Shown here in pieces: positions 9,807 to 19,323 of a DNA stretch of 42,576 nucleotides. This DNA comes from Candidatus Hermodarchaeota archaeon (lineage in GTDB: Archaea > Asgardarchaeota > Hermodarchaeia > Hermodarchaeales > Hermodarchaeaceae), in the NCBI GenBank assembly GCA_016840065.1, contig JAEOTB010000006.1:1-42576 (forward strand), written 5' to 3'. The notes under the pieces are model-generated. The model did not search any database, was not told where the DNA came from, and worked only from the letters and a program-made list of their open reading frames with translations. The position numbers and the translations under genes were made by a program. Within the stretch, counting starts at the first letter, position 1. Every line of letters begins with the position of its first letter.

Positions 9807-9880
9807 CTTATACCTCTATTGGGTCGCTTTTAGGTTTTGGGCTAGTTTTGTTTCAGGTTTCTTAGTCTTTGGTGGGGATG

Positions 9881-9894
9881 AGAAACCTTTTAAG
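9881..9894 (+). promoter_or_regulatory. Putative BRE/TATA promoter of the MoxR operon
   Basis: AGAAACC-TTTTAAG about 35 nt upstream of ATG 9929. Similar AACC-TT(T)AA motifs precede several other genes on both strands. Confidence 0.5.
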
Positions 9895-9928
9895 CGTAAT
9901 TCGTAATAACATTACATAAGGTGGGATT

Positions 9929-10957
9929 ATGAGCGAAACAATACTCGAACAACTCGGAGTACAAGAACGCCTTAGAATGGTAACCTCCCTTGTAGACGCC
10001 CGGGTCCCCCTCCTCCTTCTAGGACCTGCTGGCAGCGGTAAAAGCTACCTCGGCATGATGGTCATGAAGGGTTTTAGCCACAAACACCTCGGTAATGCAC
10101 CCATCCGCCGACTCGGCGAGCTAGACGACCAAACAATGCAATCAGGAAATATTCGTGCACTCTACATCGCAGGATCATCCAACGTAACCCGGCTAGATGT
10201 CTTGGGTGGTCGAACCCTCGAAGGAGGTAGCTACACCAGAAGACCCGGTGTTCTTCAACTAATGATGGAGCAAGGTGGTATAGTCTTTCTCGACGAGGTG
10301 TCCAGCCTTCCACCCCAGTTCAATATTCTCTTAAACGAGATTGTCGACCGAGTCATCAATCGGGACTGCCATGCCAACTTTTACATGTTTTTCGCAGCGA
10401 ACCCTGGAACCTATCTCGGTGCAAACGAGTTACCAGACTCCACGGCTGAACGATTAGTAACACTCTGGTTTGATTACTATCAGTTCGAGGATGAGGTACG
10501 AATCGTCAAACATATGCTCCAACGGAGCTTCCCAGCATCCTCAGAGATCTACAATCCACCAGAGGGATTTGATGCCTTTGTCCGATTCACCACAGGATTG
10601 ATTCGCCGCATGCGGCGCAGCATTTCTGGCGAACAGGAGATTCCCCTTAGCGTTCGAAGCATCTCAATGCTAGCAACCACCGCCCTAAGGCTAGGCGCGA
10701 TAGCACCTGGCTCAGGAACCACTAGCCCACAGGGAACAGTGGAGGCACTAGGTGTTTACCAGAAACTACAAGGAAAACTACCAAAATCCATGACTGAAGG
10801 CCTCAAATCAACCGATTTAGATAACCTCGCCAAATACATGACCGCTCGAGGCATTGACTGGTCCATCATCCGAAAATCCATCGATTCTCTCGGTATCATA
10901 CAACGAGTGCGGGGATCAAGCTTCTATGAGGCTTTCATGTCGGTGGTTCCAACTTGA
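9929..10957 (+). CDS. MoxR/CobS-like AAA+ ATPase (AAA_5)
   Basis: Walker A GPAGSGKS, Walker B VFLDEV, sensor AANP..Y.G..LP....ER, and SVR helix motif. Confidence 0.9.
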   Translation: MSETILEQLGVQERLRMVTSLVDARVPLLLLGPAGSGKSYLGMMVMKGFSHKHLGNAPIRRLGELDDQTMQSGNIRALYIAGSSNVTRLDVLGGRTLEGGSYTRRPGVLQLMMEQGGIVFLDEVSSLPPQFNILLNEIVDRVINRDCHANFYMFFAANPGTYLGANELPDSTAERLVTLWFDYYQFEDEVRIVKHMLQRSFPASSEIYNPPEGFDAFVRFTTGLIRRMRRSISGEQEIPLSVRSISMLATTALRLGAIAPGSGTTSPQGTVEALGVYQKLQGKLPKSMTEGLKSTDLDNLAKYMTARGIDWSIIRKSIDSLGIIQRVRGSSFYEAFMSVVPT

Positions 10958-12435
10958 CCTGGCGAGGTGGGAAATTGGATAGTCTCCGCTCTGAAATAAG
11001 GCGTGAACTCAAACGGCTCATAGCCAAGAGACGAAAACGAGAGCCGTCAAAGCCACCTGTGCCACGAAAGGATATTACACAATTTGAAGATGGCGAAGTC
11101 CCGCCATCTTATTATCCTAAGGAACTCCCCGGTAGGTGTGATCGAAGTCCTCCCGATATGACCGATGAATCATTTACAAATGAAATCGAGCAAGCCGCCA
11201 AGCTTCAAGGCTGGGCACGGGAATCACGAAAAGAGGGGACGTTGCTTGATGATATCCTGAAGGCTGCAGAGAAAAGGGGTCACAAACTGATTAAGCCGCA
11301 ACCGTCGTCTCCCTCTCCTTTTGGGTGTCGAACACGCTGCCAAGAACATGATCGCCCCCTCCGCTATGACTATGAGAATCTTCTCTGGCGCCACGATGAC
11401 GACGGGAGCACCTGTGACCAGTTAGATGTGCTTCCTCAACCAGAAGGGCAGCTCACCGTGTCATTAACGGAGTTTCATCTTCGCGATTTACTCCTCACAA
11501 ATGTGTCAGTAGCTGATGTAATCCGGCTCGCAAAGGAATGGCTAACACAATTTCAATCGGAGGGAACCTTACAATTTCAATCAGGGGAATCCTTGGGTCA
11601 GAACTGGGCCTTGATCCTGTTGGCAGCATCGCTGGCTCCTGATGTGTCAATAGATTATGAATCCGCAGGTGGAATGTTGAAACGGAATATCAAGGAAATC
11701 ATCAGAAAATTGGTCATAGCTGCTGCCGTAGACATTCTCAACGATTACAAGCAACTCAAGCTTCCATCACCAAGTGGTAGACCGCTTAGTTTCGTTTCAG
11801 AAAGGATGGCTGAACGAATACTAGGGCTGTGGCGGCATGTCGAAGCACGACTTCAGAAACAGCGTCCCGGAGGAGGTCAGACGGGAAGAACAACTAGTCC
11901 TAGTAGGAGCCCCTCATTACAGGCGGAGTTACGCGGTGAACTTCTCAGACATCCACTATTTCAGAAACGGAAGGGGCTAATTCAATTTCATGAAGACGGC
12001 GTACCTCAACAGTTTCTAGCAGATATCAAACACTTCATGGAGGAGGGGCGAATCGACAGAGACCAGCTAGTAAAGGAAGCGCTTGGCGATGAACAAACCC
12101 TCGTAGATCTCTTTGAATCACTCAAGAAAGAGGGACAGAAGCAACTCGAACTAATCTTTCAGAAAGCCCAACAACAAGAAGTTCTCAACGCGATGCTCCG
12201 AAGACTCCTCCTCATGGATGACAGTCCCTCCCTTGACCGCTTACTCGGGTATGTTGGCATCATTGGAATATCAATTAAACGCAAAGTTGCAGGGCTGACC
12301 GGATTCTCCACCGAACTCCTCAGCCTAGACAACCTTAGAATTGCGAGGTGGGTTGCATGGACAATAAGAGGTATCTGGCCAGCCCTAAAGAACATGCGGC
12401 AGCTGGCCCTTCCGTGGATCGAAAAATCACCATAA
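10954..12435 (+). CDS. Hypothetical protein, middle gene of the MoxR-vWA operon
   Basis: 493-aa ORF; TTG start overlaps the ATPase stop (TTGA); no recognisable family. Confidence 0.75.
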   Translation: MTWRGGKLDSLRSEIRRELKRLIAKRRKREPSKPPVPRKDITQFEDGEVPPSYYPKELPGRCDRSPPDMTDESFTNEIEQAAKLQGWARESRKEGTLLDDILKAAEKRGHKLIKPQPSSPSPFGCRTRCQEHDRPLRYDYENLLWRHDDDGSTCDQLDVLPQPEGQLTVSLTEFHLRDLLLTNVSVADVIRLAKEWLTQFQSEGTLQFQSGESLGQNWALILLAASLAPDVSIDYESAGGMLKRNIKEIIRKLVIAAAVDILNDYKQLKLPSPSGRPLSFVSERMAERILGLWRHVEARLQKQRPGGGQTGRTTSPSRSPSLQAELRGELLRHPLFQKRKGLIQFHEDGVPQQFLADIKHFMEEGRIDRDQLVKEALGDEQTLVDLFESLKKEGQKQLELIFQKAQQQEVLNAMLRRLLLMDDSPSLDRLLGYVGIIGISIKRKVAGLTGFSTELLSLDNLRIARWVAWTIRGIWPALKNMRQLALPWIEKSP

Positions 12436-14258
12436 GAGAAGTGCAGAAATCAGATACAAGGCAAGTTATTCCTCTCCACGACTCATTACAGGTTCTTTAT
12501 CAGAAACTGCTGGGTTACAGACATACATCACACCCTGGTCCTCCACCAGTTCCTAGCCAGGTAGCAGGAAGACGGCGACGAATGACTGCTGAGGAGTTCC
12601 GAAAGGAATTCACAATCGATCACCAATTCAATGTTCTTGGACTCCCCGTACTCTTAACAAAGGAGCAAAGCAATGGCTCTCTGGGCTGGACTGACGGAAA
12701 GGTTCTCTACATCTCAGTCCCCGCATTCAGCGAGATGATGGCCAAAAGTAATTTCACCAAGGAAGAAATGCAGACCCTCCTCAATGCCATAACTTACCAT
12801 GAATCTGGTCATGTCCTTCTCTCCGATTTCGTCCTCTGGAAGCTCTTCAATGAGGTAATCAGGGCTGATTACCCTGAAGGGTGGCCACTGGTACGGTTTC
12901 TCGCAAACCTGCTGGAGGACATCCGTATCGAATTCTACATGGGAATTGAATACCCGGGTCTGGCTCCCGCATTTCGAAAGGCTAGCAAACTACTCGCCCA
13001 GGTCCCGGTACTCGAGGGGGAAGAAAATTTCATTACATCACTTATGAAGGTGCTATTCCTCACTCTACGATTCGGCTTGTGGAATGGCGATTTTGAAACA
13101 GCGGCAAGAGAGTGTGCCCATGAGTATCGCCACTTCATCACTGAGGTCCTTGACGCTGAAGGCATCATGATTCTCACCTATGCCATTCGAGGGCAAGATT
13201 CCCGCTCTGCTATTTTCGGAGCTATGCTGTTCTTTGAAAAGTTACTCAAGGTTTCCGAGCGCTTCTTTGAACCCGAAACCCTCGAAGAGGTATTGAAGAA
13301 TATCACACCGAGTACCACAATCGTAGTTGATAGACACGCACTCAAGAAGCTTGAGGAACAGCTGCCACCAGATGCCTTCGCAGAACTCATGCAGCAGCTC
13401 AAAGAAATCTACGGCGACAGCTTTGGAGAAGATGACGGAGAGAGCAGCTTCAGCTCCAGAGGTGCAGGAGAGGGTGGACTTGATGTGGTCACTGAATTAG
13501 AGGACTTTGTCTTCTACCAAGATACTAGGAACCATTACAAACATGAAATCGCGCAGCTAAGAAAGCAATTTGAGCGGCTCGCTAGAGTCTGGGAAGAAGA
13601 CCGCCGACGCTGGGGCACACCACTCGAGGAGGAACTCCCCCAAGCCTATATGTGGAGCCTAACCAGGGATATCCCCTCTCCCCGGATTTTCGAAGGCTAC
13701 AAGCTCCACAAGCCCCCAATGGATATCATCCTCCTTATTGATCAAAGCGGCAGCATGAGTGGAGCCCCTGGAATTCTTGCGATGCGTGCTGCAGTGGTCA
13801 TCGCAGAAACCGTTGCCCCTATCCTCGGCGAAAACATCACTCTCAGCGTCTATAGCTTTGGTGACAAGATTCGCCAGGTGAAAGCTCCCCAAGAAGCTAT
13901 TCATCAGGGACGCTACTTCCCTAAACCTAGCGGAGGAACATCAATATTCAAATCAATCGACAGCACAGTGAACCTCATCCATTCCCACATGAATCCACGG
14001 GCCAAAAAACTCCTGATTGTTTTCACTGATTCTTATAACTATGATAATCCACGGGGGGCCCAAGTCGTGGCTAAAGCGAAGACCCTGATGGCTCCCTTGC
14101 TCTTAACAGCCTTTTCCACGGTCCCAGAACCTGACAAAGCCTTCACCCAACATTTGGACATGTTCAAATCTCTCGCGTCAATCGAGGAGCTACCAGAAGC
14201 CTTCTCCACTTTTCTCCGCGGGCTCCTAGAAAACCTAAGCCGAACACCCATCACCTAG
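12348..14258 (+). CDS. HExxH zincin-like metallopeptidase domain + C-terminal vWA domain (CobT/NorD-like)
   Basis: GWTDGK...YHESGH...NLLEDIRIE; acidic linker; MIDAS DQSGSM, GGTS, FTD. True start may be GTG 12441 or ATG 12582. Confidence 0.88.
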   Translation: MGCMDNKRYLASPKEHAAAGPSVDRKITIREVQKSDTRQVIPLHDSLQVLYQKLLGYRHTSHPGPPPVPSQVAGRRRRMTAEEFRKEFTIDHQFNVLGLPVLLTKEQSNGSLGWTDGKVLYISVPAFSEMMAKSNFTKEEMQTLLNAITYHESGHVLLSDFVLWKLFNEVIRADYPEGWPLVRFLANLLEDIRIEFYMGIEYPGLAPAFRKASKLLAQVPVLEGEENFITSLMKVLFLTLRFGLWNGDFETAARECAHEYRHFITEVLDAEGIMILTYAIRGQDSRSAIFGAMLFFEKLLKVSERFFEPETLEEVLKNITPSTTIVVDRHALKKLEEQLPPDAFAELMQQLKEIYGDSFGEDDGESSFSSRGAGEGGLDVVTELEDFVFYQDTRNHYKHEIAQLRKQFERLARVWEEDRRRWGTPLEEELPQAYMWSLTRDIPSPRIFEGYKLHKPPMDIILLIDQSGSMSGAPGILAMRAAVVIAETVAPILGENITLSVYSFGDKIRQVKAPQEAIHQGRYFPKPSGGTSIFKSIDSTVNLIHSHMNPRAKKLLIVFTDSYNYDNPRGAQVVAKAKTLMAPLLLTAFSTVPEPDKAFTQHLDMFKSLASIEELPEAFSTFLRGLLENLSRTPIT

Positions 14259-14359
14259 ATAGTCCCTATTTGACCCAGTTAGTTTTTCCATTCGATCTTA
14301 TCTTTGACAGCCTAGTTTAATAAGGTGAGAGGATTATCGGGGCTAATTCGCCCGAGGTT

Positions 14360-15652
14360 GTGTACTTGCGAGCTAAAGTCCAGATTGGCATGGCATCTTT
14401 CCAATTTATGGTAAATAGCCGACGGGCAATTTTCTATACTTTCTTGACTTTGTTTATGTTTGAGGTGCTTGGAGCTAGCTTCATCGAAATTAGTCTAGTC
14501 ATAACGTTGCCAATGCTAATCAGCAGCGCCATGCAAGCTTTGGTCTGGGGGCGCTTGTCCGACCGTATCAAACGTCGCCGCCTTCTAATTGTCGTTGGTG
14601 AAGTCTTCGCGGGGTTTGGCTATCTCGTTATCTGGACCTCGATATCTATCTGGGTGATTATCATCGGATTATCACTCATCGAAGCGGTGTGGTCAATGAG
14701 TAACACAGGATGGTCTGCACTTTTCGCTGATCTCACTGACCCCAAAGAGAGGTCCACCCTTAATGGGCGTATCAATGGACTCGGGGTCATTGGACGAATC
14801 GTTGGTATCACCGCGGTCGGTGCTATCTATGACCTTCCTACACCTGGGGCAGGCTTTCCCTTTGTTTTCCCTATCGCGTCTGCTATTATGTTTGGAAGTG
14901 TTTTGGTATTAATCGCTTTAGTCCCTGAATCTAAAGTAGTGCCCTCTATCAAAGACCTGGAGGGGACGCCAAAGATACGGAGAGGATTGAGGGGGCTATT
15001 CAAAAGCTATCCTCCCGGCTTCTTAATCTTCCTTGGCTGCTGGGCTTTCATCGCTGTTGGGTGGGTGTGCTATATGTCGCTCTTCACTGTGTATCTTCGA
15101 ATTGGACTTAACCTGACATCGATGGAGATCAGTTTGGTACGGAATCTCAACTCTGGTGTTGGCCTTGTTGCGGCCCCTGTGGCAGGATTCCTTGGGGACC
15201 GTTTGGGACGTAAATTCGTCATTCTTGAAGCCCTTATAATTCAAGTAGCGGTTACGGCTCTGTATCCCTTTGCTACTACCCTAGTTCCGATGCTTGTCGT
15301 TAATACGCTTGGAGGCATTACTCGCCCTGCCCTCCACACAGTAGGCTATGCTCTTGCTGCTGATCTTATCCCTGAGGATCAGCGTGGTCGCCTCTTCGGC
15401 GCGTACAATGCAGCTTGGACCCTTTCCTTCGGGGCTTCACCAACTGTTGTTGGATCCTTCTATGCGACTTGGAGAGAGGGTGCCTATCTGGCTGGTGGAT
15501 TCTCTCAGGATTCTGCGGAACTTCAAGCTATTATCGATGTCTTCTTACTCTCCACTGTACTTGTAATTGGTGGTGCCTTAATTTTCACTGCTGCTGTTAG
15601 AGAACCTAGAAGAAACCGAGAAGTGGTCGACCCACAGCTGGCTAGTAGATGA
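14360..15652 (+). CDS. MFS transporter
   Basis: About 12 TM; motif A twice (GRLSDRIKRR, GFLGDRLGRK). Confidence 0.92.
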   Translation: MYLRAKVQIGMASFQFMVNSRRAIFYTFLTLFMFEVLGASFIEISLVITLPMLISSAMQALVWGRLSDRIKRRRLLIVVGEVFAGFGYLVIWTSISIWVIIIGLSLIEAVWSMSNTGWSALFADLTDPKERSTLNGRINGLGVIGRIVGITAVGAIYDLPTPGAGFPFVFPIASAIMFGSVLVLIALVPESKVVPSIKDLEGTPKIRRGLRGLFKSYPPGFLIFLGCWAFIAVGWVCYMSLFTVYLRIGLNLTSMEISLVRNLNSGVGLVAAPVAGFLGDRLGRKFVILEALIIQVAVTALYPFATTLVPMLVVNTLGGITRPALHTVGYALAADLIPEDQRGRLFGAYNAAWTLSFGASPTVVGSFYATWREGAYLAGGFSQDSAELQAIIDVFLLSTVLVIGGALIFTAAVREPRRNREVVDPQLASR

Positions 15653-15660
15653 GAATAGGA

Positions 15661-16110
15661 TTAACGGCTGGCTAGGGCAAAGCCGATGAAGAGGAGAAAG
15701 GTGCTGCCCAAGGCAATAAGAATCGCGATGAACTGGATGTACGTTGGGAACAAGATCGAGAAATAGTACATCGTCATCAAGTAACTATAGTAGGCTAGGA
15801 ATAGGGCGTCGAGGATAATGAAGAGGAAAAGGGATTCATCGCTGAAAGAGCGCCGGGTTGCTGTTAGTACTATGCTTGCTGAAGCGAATATTAAGAGTAG
15901 GGCAAGGTGTGCGTAGAAAAAGGTGGAAAGATTTGCGTCGACGTCTTGTCCATAGAAAAGAAAAATTAAGACGACTAGGGAGGCAAAAATAGTGAATAGT
16001 AAAGATCGCACTATTGACCATCGACTCTTTTCGGGTTTTGAGCCAGAGGAAAGGCTCTCATACTCGGGCGCTGAGTGTTGTGATAGAAATAATGGAGTTG
16101 GTGGGGTCAT
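15661..16110 (-). CDS. Hypothetical 4-TM membrane protein
   Basis: Four hydrophobic segments; GGGAG upstream of ATG. Confidence 0.7.
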   Translation of the reverse strand: MTPPTPLFLSQHSAPEYESLSSGSKPEKSRWSIVRSLLFTIFASLVVLIFLFYGQDVDANLSTFFYAHLALLLIFASASIVLTATRRSFSDESLFLFIILDALFLAYYSYLMTMYYFSILFPTYIQFIAILIALGSTFLLFIGFALASR

Positions 16111-16246
16111 TGAATCTCCCTCGGCTAAGATGTTTGTAGTTCTGGGCGTTTAAGGTTGTTGGCTGACCCCAAGTTTTTAACTCAAATTTACGGAAAAACA
16201 GTTAATTTTATATGGGGGAAGAGACCATTCCCCTTAGGAAACGAAG

Positions 16247-17383
16247 ATGTCACCGCCCACCAAACCACCCAGCAAGTTCATCCCCTCAAACCGCCCAATC
16301 CTAGGTCCCGAGGAGATCGCAGCAGTCACCAAAATCCTAGAAAGTGGGATGTTAACCCACAAATCAGGTGCAGGCACCTACGCCCTACAATTCGAAAAAA
16401 CCTTCGCAGAATTCGTAGGAGTAAAACACGCTATAGCAGTCAACTCAGGAACCGCAGCGCTCCACGCAGCCCTTCTCGCCCTAGACATAAAACCAGGTGA
16501 TGAAGTTATTGCACCCCCCTTCAGCTTCATCGCCACAACTAATATGATACTCCTCTGCGGGGCAAAACCAGTTTTTGTTGACATTAACCCGGAAAACTTC
16601 AACTTGGACCCTGACAAAGTAAAGGACGCAATCACGCCCAAAACCAAAGCAATACTCCCTGTCCACCTCTACGGCCACCCCACTGATATGGATCCTCTCC
16701 TCGAACTATCACAAGAACACGACTTTGGTATTGTCGAAGATGCTTGTCAGGCCCATGGAGCCAAACATCGTGGACGTCAGGTGGGCGCAATCGGTGATAT
16801 TGGGTGTTTCAGCCTATATCCCAGCAAGGTAATCACTACAGGTGAAGGAGGTCTCCTCACCACCAATAATGACAAGTTAGCAAAACGTCTAAGACGCATT
16901 CGCACCCATGGTGAAATCCGCCCCTACGAATACGTCATGATGGGCCACAACTACAGGATGCCAGAAATAGAAGCAGCCATTGGTGTGGAGCAGATGAAGC
17001 GTCTACCAGGATTCCTTGAAGAACGGAACAAGAACGCTGAATACCTCACCAAACACCTTTCAGATGTAGAGGGAATCATCCTACCACAGGAGGCAGAGTG
17101 GGCAACCCACAACTGGTACCTCTACACAATCAGAATACTCCCCCCACACAACCGTGATAGAATTTTGAAAACACTTCACCAAGCCAAAATTGGTGCAGGC
17201 GTTTACTACGAGGTTCCTCTCCACCTCACACCAATTTACAGAGAACTCTTCGGATACAAGGAGGGTATGATGCCTGTCTCAGAACAGGCAGTAAAAGAAG
17301 TTCTCTCCCTTCCAAATCACCCAGCCTTAACTGAAGCAGAGATCGCATGGATTGTAGAGCAAGTCCGCCAGGCACTAGCGTAG
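16247..17383 (+). CDS. DegT/DnrJ/EryC1/StrS family PLP sugar aminotransferase
   Basis: NSGTAALH, PVHLYGHP, EDACQAHGA, FSLYPSKVITTGEGG (PLP lysine). Confidence 0.96.
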   Translation: MSPPTKPPSKFIPSNRPILGPEEIAAVTKILESGMLTHKSGAGTYALQFEKTFAEFVGVKHAIAVNSGTAALHAALLALDIKPGDEVIAPPFSFIATTNMILLCGAKPVFVDINPENFNLDPDKVKDAITPKTKAILPVHLYGHPTDMDPLLELSQEHDFGIVEDACQAHGAKHRGRQVGAIGDIGCFSLYPSKVITTGEGGLLTTNNDKLAKRLRRIRTHGEIRPYEYVMMGHNYRMPEIEAAIGVEQMKRLPGFLEERNKNAEYLTKHLSDVEGIILPQEAEWATHNWYLYTIRILPPHNRDRILKTLHQAKIGAGVYYEVPLHLTPIYRELFGYKEGMMPVSEQAVKEVLSLPNHPALTEAEIAWIVEQVRQALA

Positions 17384-17424
17384 CCGGGAAACCTCACTGG
17401 GTCGGTAGGTGACCCGGCTATGCT
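17377..17424. terminator. GC-rich stem-loop between convergent genes
   Basis: agcgtagccggg...cccggctatgct outer stem plus acct/aggt inner stem. Confidence 0.55.
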
Positions 17425-17434
17425 TCCACCTGGT

Positions 17435-18019
17435 TTAGCTTGATCTTTCTACAAGAAACTGGAGAAGCTCTTTGATATCCTCTTCCCGGGGATGATTTGG
17501 TACTTGGTTGAGTAATAACTGGGCTCGTTCAAGACAATTAATGGCATCCGTCGTGTAGCCAGTTTCTTTTTGATGGACTGCTGCGCATTTGAAAAGCAGT
17601 TCGATTGCCATTGAAGCGTTATCAAGGGTGATTGTATGTTCAATGGCTTGCTCTAATGCGTTTGCAATGATGAGCCAGATTTCCCTGTCTTTATTACGAA
17701 CCGAAGCAAAAGCATTCGCAGCGGCTAAGAAACTATCCCTCGCTTCTGCTATTCGTTCAGCCGCATCATGGATTCGTGCAATATGCAGATGGCTATGAGC
17801 CGCTTGGAGCGGCGCTTCTGCCGAAGTGAAACCTGCAGCTGCATGCTCCCAGAGAGTAAGAATTTGTTCAGTTGTTCCCTCTTTCTCAATAACTGCATAG
17901 GCCTTTTCGAATTCCCAATAGGCGCGGTGCATCTCGCCCTGCCTGACGAATTCCTCTGCGGCAATCATGTATTCCTCTACCTGTCGGCGCAAAGATTCGT
18001 AATCTGACATCATGCTCAC
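17435..18019 (-). CDS. TPR-like helical repeat protein, alpha-SNAP-like
   Basis: Helix pairs such as ANALEQAIEH...MAIELLFKCAAVHQKE...DAINCLERA resemble SNAP repeats. Confidence 0.6.
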   Translation of the reverse strand: MSMMSDYESLRRQVEEYMIAAEEFVRQGEMHRAYWEFEKAYAVIEKEGTTEQILTLWEHAAAGFTSAEAPLQAAHSHLHIARIHDAAERIAEARDSFLAAANAFASVRNKDREIWLIIANALEQAIEHTITLDNASMAIELLFKCAAVHQKETGYTTDAINCLERAQLLLNQVPNHPREEDIKELLQFLVERSS

Positions 18020-18169
18020 CTCGTGGCTTTTTCGTACCCGTCCTCCATCATCAAATCTTATAGGTTCAATCCCCTTTCTCCTGTTTTAAGGTTGCTGTAT
18101 AGATTTAATGAGTAAGGAATAAAGGGAGTTTGATATATTGATGGGTGTGTCAGAGAGAGGTGTCAAAGC

Positions 18170-19249
18170 GTGAGAATCTGGTTTGATGTTCTAACTCCAA
18201 AGCAAGCTCTGTTCTGTCATGCGTTAGCAAAGCGGTTCGAAGCAAAAGGCTACGAAATAGTCTACACGACTAGGAAGTACAATGAAGTTCTAGGGAAACT
18301 TAAGCTTCTGGGGCTAGATGCTGCGATAATCGGCCGCCACGGAGGTGCTAACAGATACGATAAGCTCAAGGCAAGTGCTGAAAGAGTAGTGAAACTAGCT
18401 GATTATGTACACCATAAAATCAGACCAGATGTTGGCTTTGCCTTTGCTTCTCCTGAGAGTGCCCGAGTCGCATTCGGTCTTGGAATCCCCTATTTCACGG
18501 CTAATGACTCACCCCATTCACGTTTCGTAGCACAGCTAACAATCCCCTTTGCGAATCTCCTATTCACTCCATCGTTCATGAAAAGAGCATGGAGAGAGCT
18601 AGATGTACCGCTTGAGAAAATGGTCTTCTATAAGGGACTGGACCCTGTAGCATGGCTGCGCGACTTTGTACCAAACCGAGAGGCAATAGCGAAAATCGGT
18701 ATTAATCCCCATCAAGACTATGTCGTTATCCGACCTGAGGAGGCAAAGGCCTCCTATATCGCTGAAGTTTCAGATGAAAGGCAACCCAGAACAACATTGG
18801 TCACTGAGCGTATCTTGCAGACTTTTCCAGATGTACAAATTGTGATGTTGTGTAGATACCCTGATCAACAAAAGGCGATGCGCAGACGCTTTGGTGATAA
18901 TGTAATAATACCTAGGGAGGTTGTGGATGCGCCGAGTCTGATTGCCCTTTCTGCTCTGCTTGTGGGTGCAGGTGGTACCATGAATCAAGAGGCTGCACTT
19001 TTCGGAGTACCAGTGATATCCTGCTATCCTGGTCAGATACTAGAGGTCGAGAAATACCTCATCAAAAAGAAACTGCTTTACCGTATCCCCAATCCTATTC
19101 TCGCCGCAGATAAAACCGTTGAAATACTACAGGACCGGCAGCGCTATCAGATGGTGCACCTCCGTCGTGCCAGTGCTCTATTTAGCTCTATGGAAAACCC
19201 GGCTGACGTTATTCCCGCACACGTACTAAAATACTTAGATAACATGTGA
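18170..19249 (+). CDS. DUF354 family protein (GT-B glycosyltransferase-like)
   Basis: RIWFDVLTPKQ N-terminus, IGRHGG, IRPEEAKASY, GAGGTMNQEAALFGVPVISCYPG. Confidence 0.88.
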   Translation: MRIWFDVLTPKQALFCHALAKRFEAKGYEIVYTTRKYNEVLGKLKLLGLDAAIIGRHGGANRYDKLKASAERVVKLADYVHHKIRPDVGFAFASPESARVAFGLGIPYFTANDSPHSRFVAQLTIPFANLLFTPSFMKRAWRELDVPLEKMVFYKGLDPVAWLRDFVPNREAIAKIGINPHQDYVVIRPEEAKASYIAEVSDERQPRTTLVTERILQTFPDVQIVMLCRYPDQQKAMRRRFGDNVIIPREVVDAPSLIALSALLVGAGGTMNQEAALFGVPVISCYPGQILEVEKYLIKKKLLYRIPNPILAADKTVEILQDRQRYQMVHLRRASALFSSMENPADVIPAHVLKYLDNM

Positions 19250-19323
19250 TTCTTCCTAAAGGCTGGCTCAGCCGCAAGGAATTTAATAGAGCCCTTTACA
19301 ACGAATTAGTGAGGGTTAATCTA

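Noticed and set aside
9929-14258. Calling the operon cobaltochelatase cobS/cobT
   Set aside because: Architecture is similar, but there is no cobN or cobalamin context and an extra middle gene, so no symbol was assigned.
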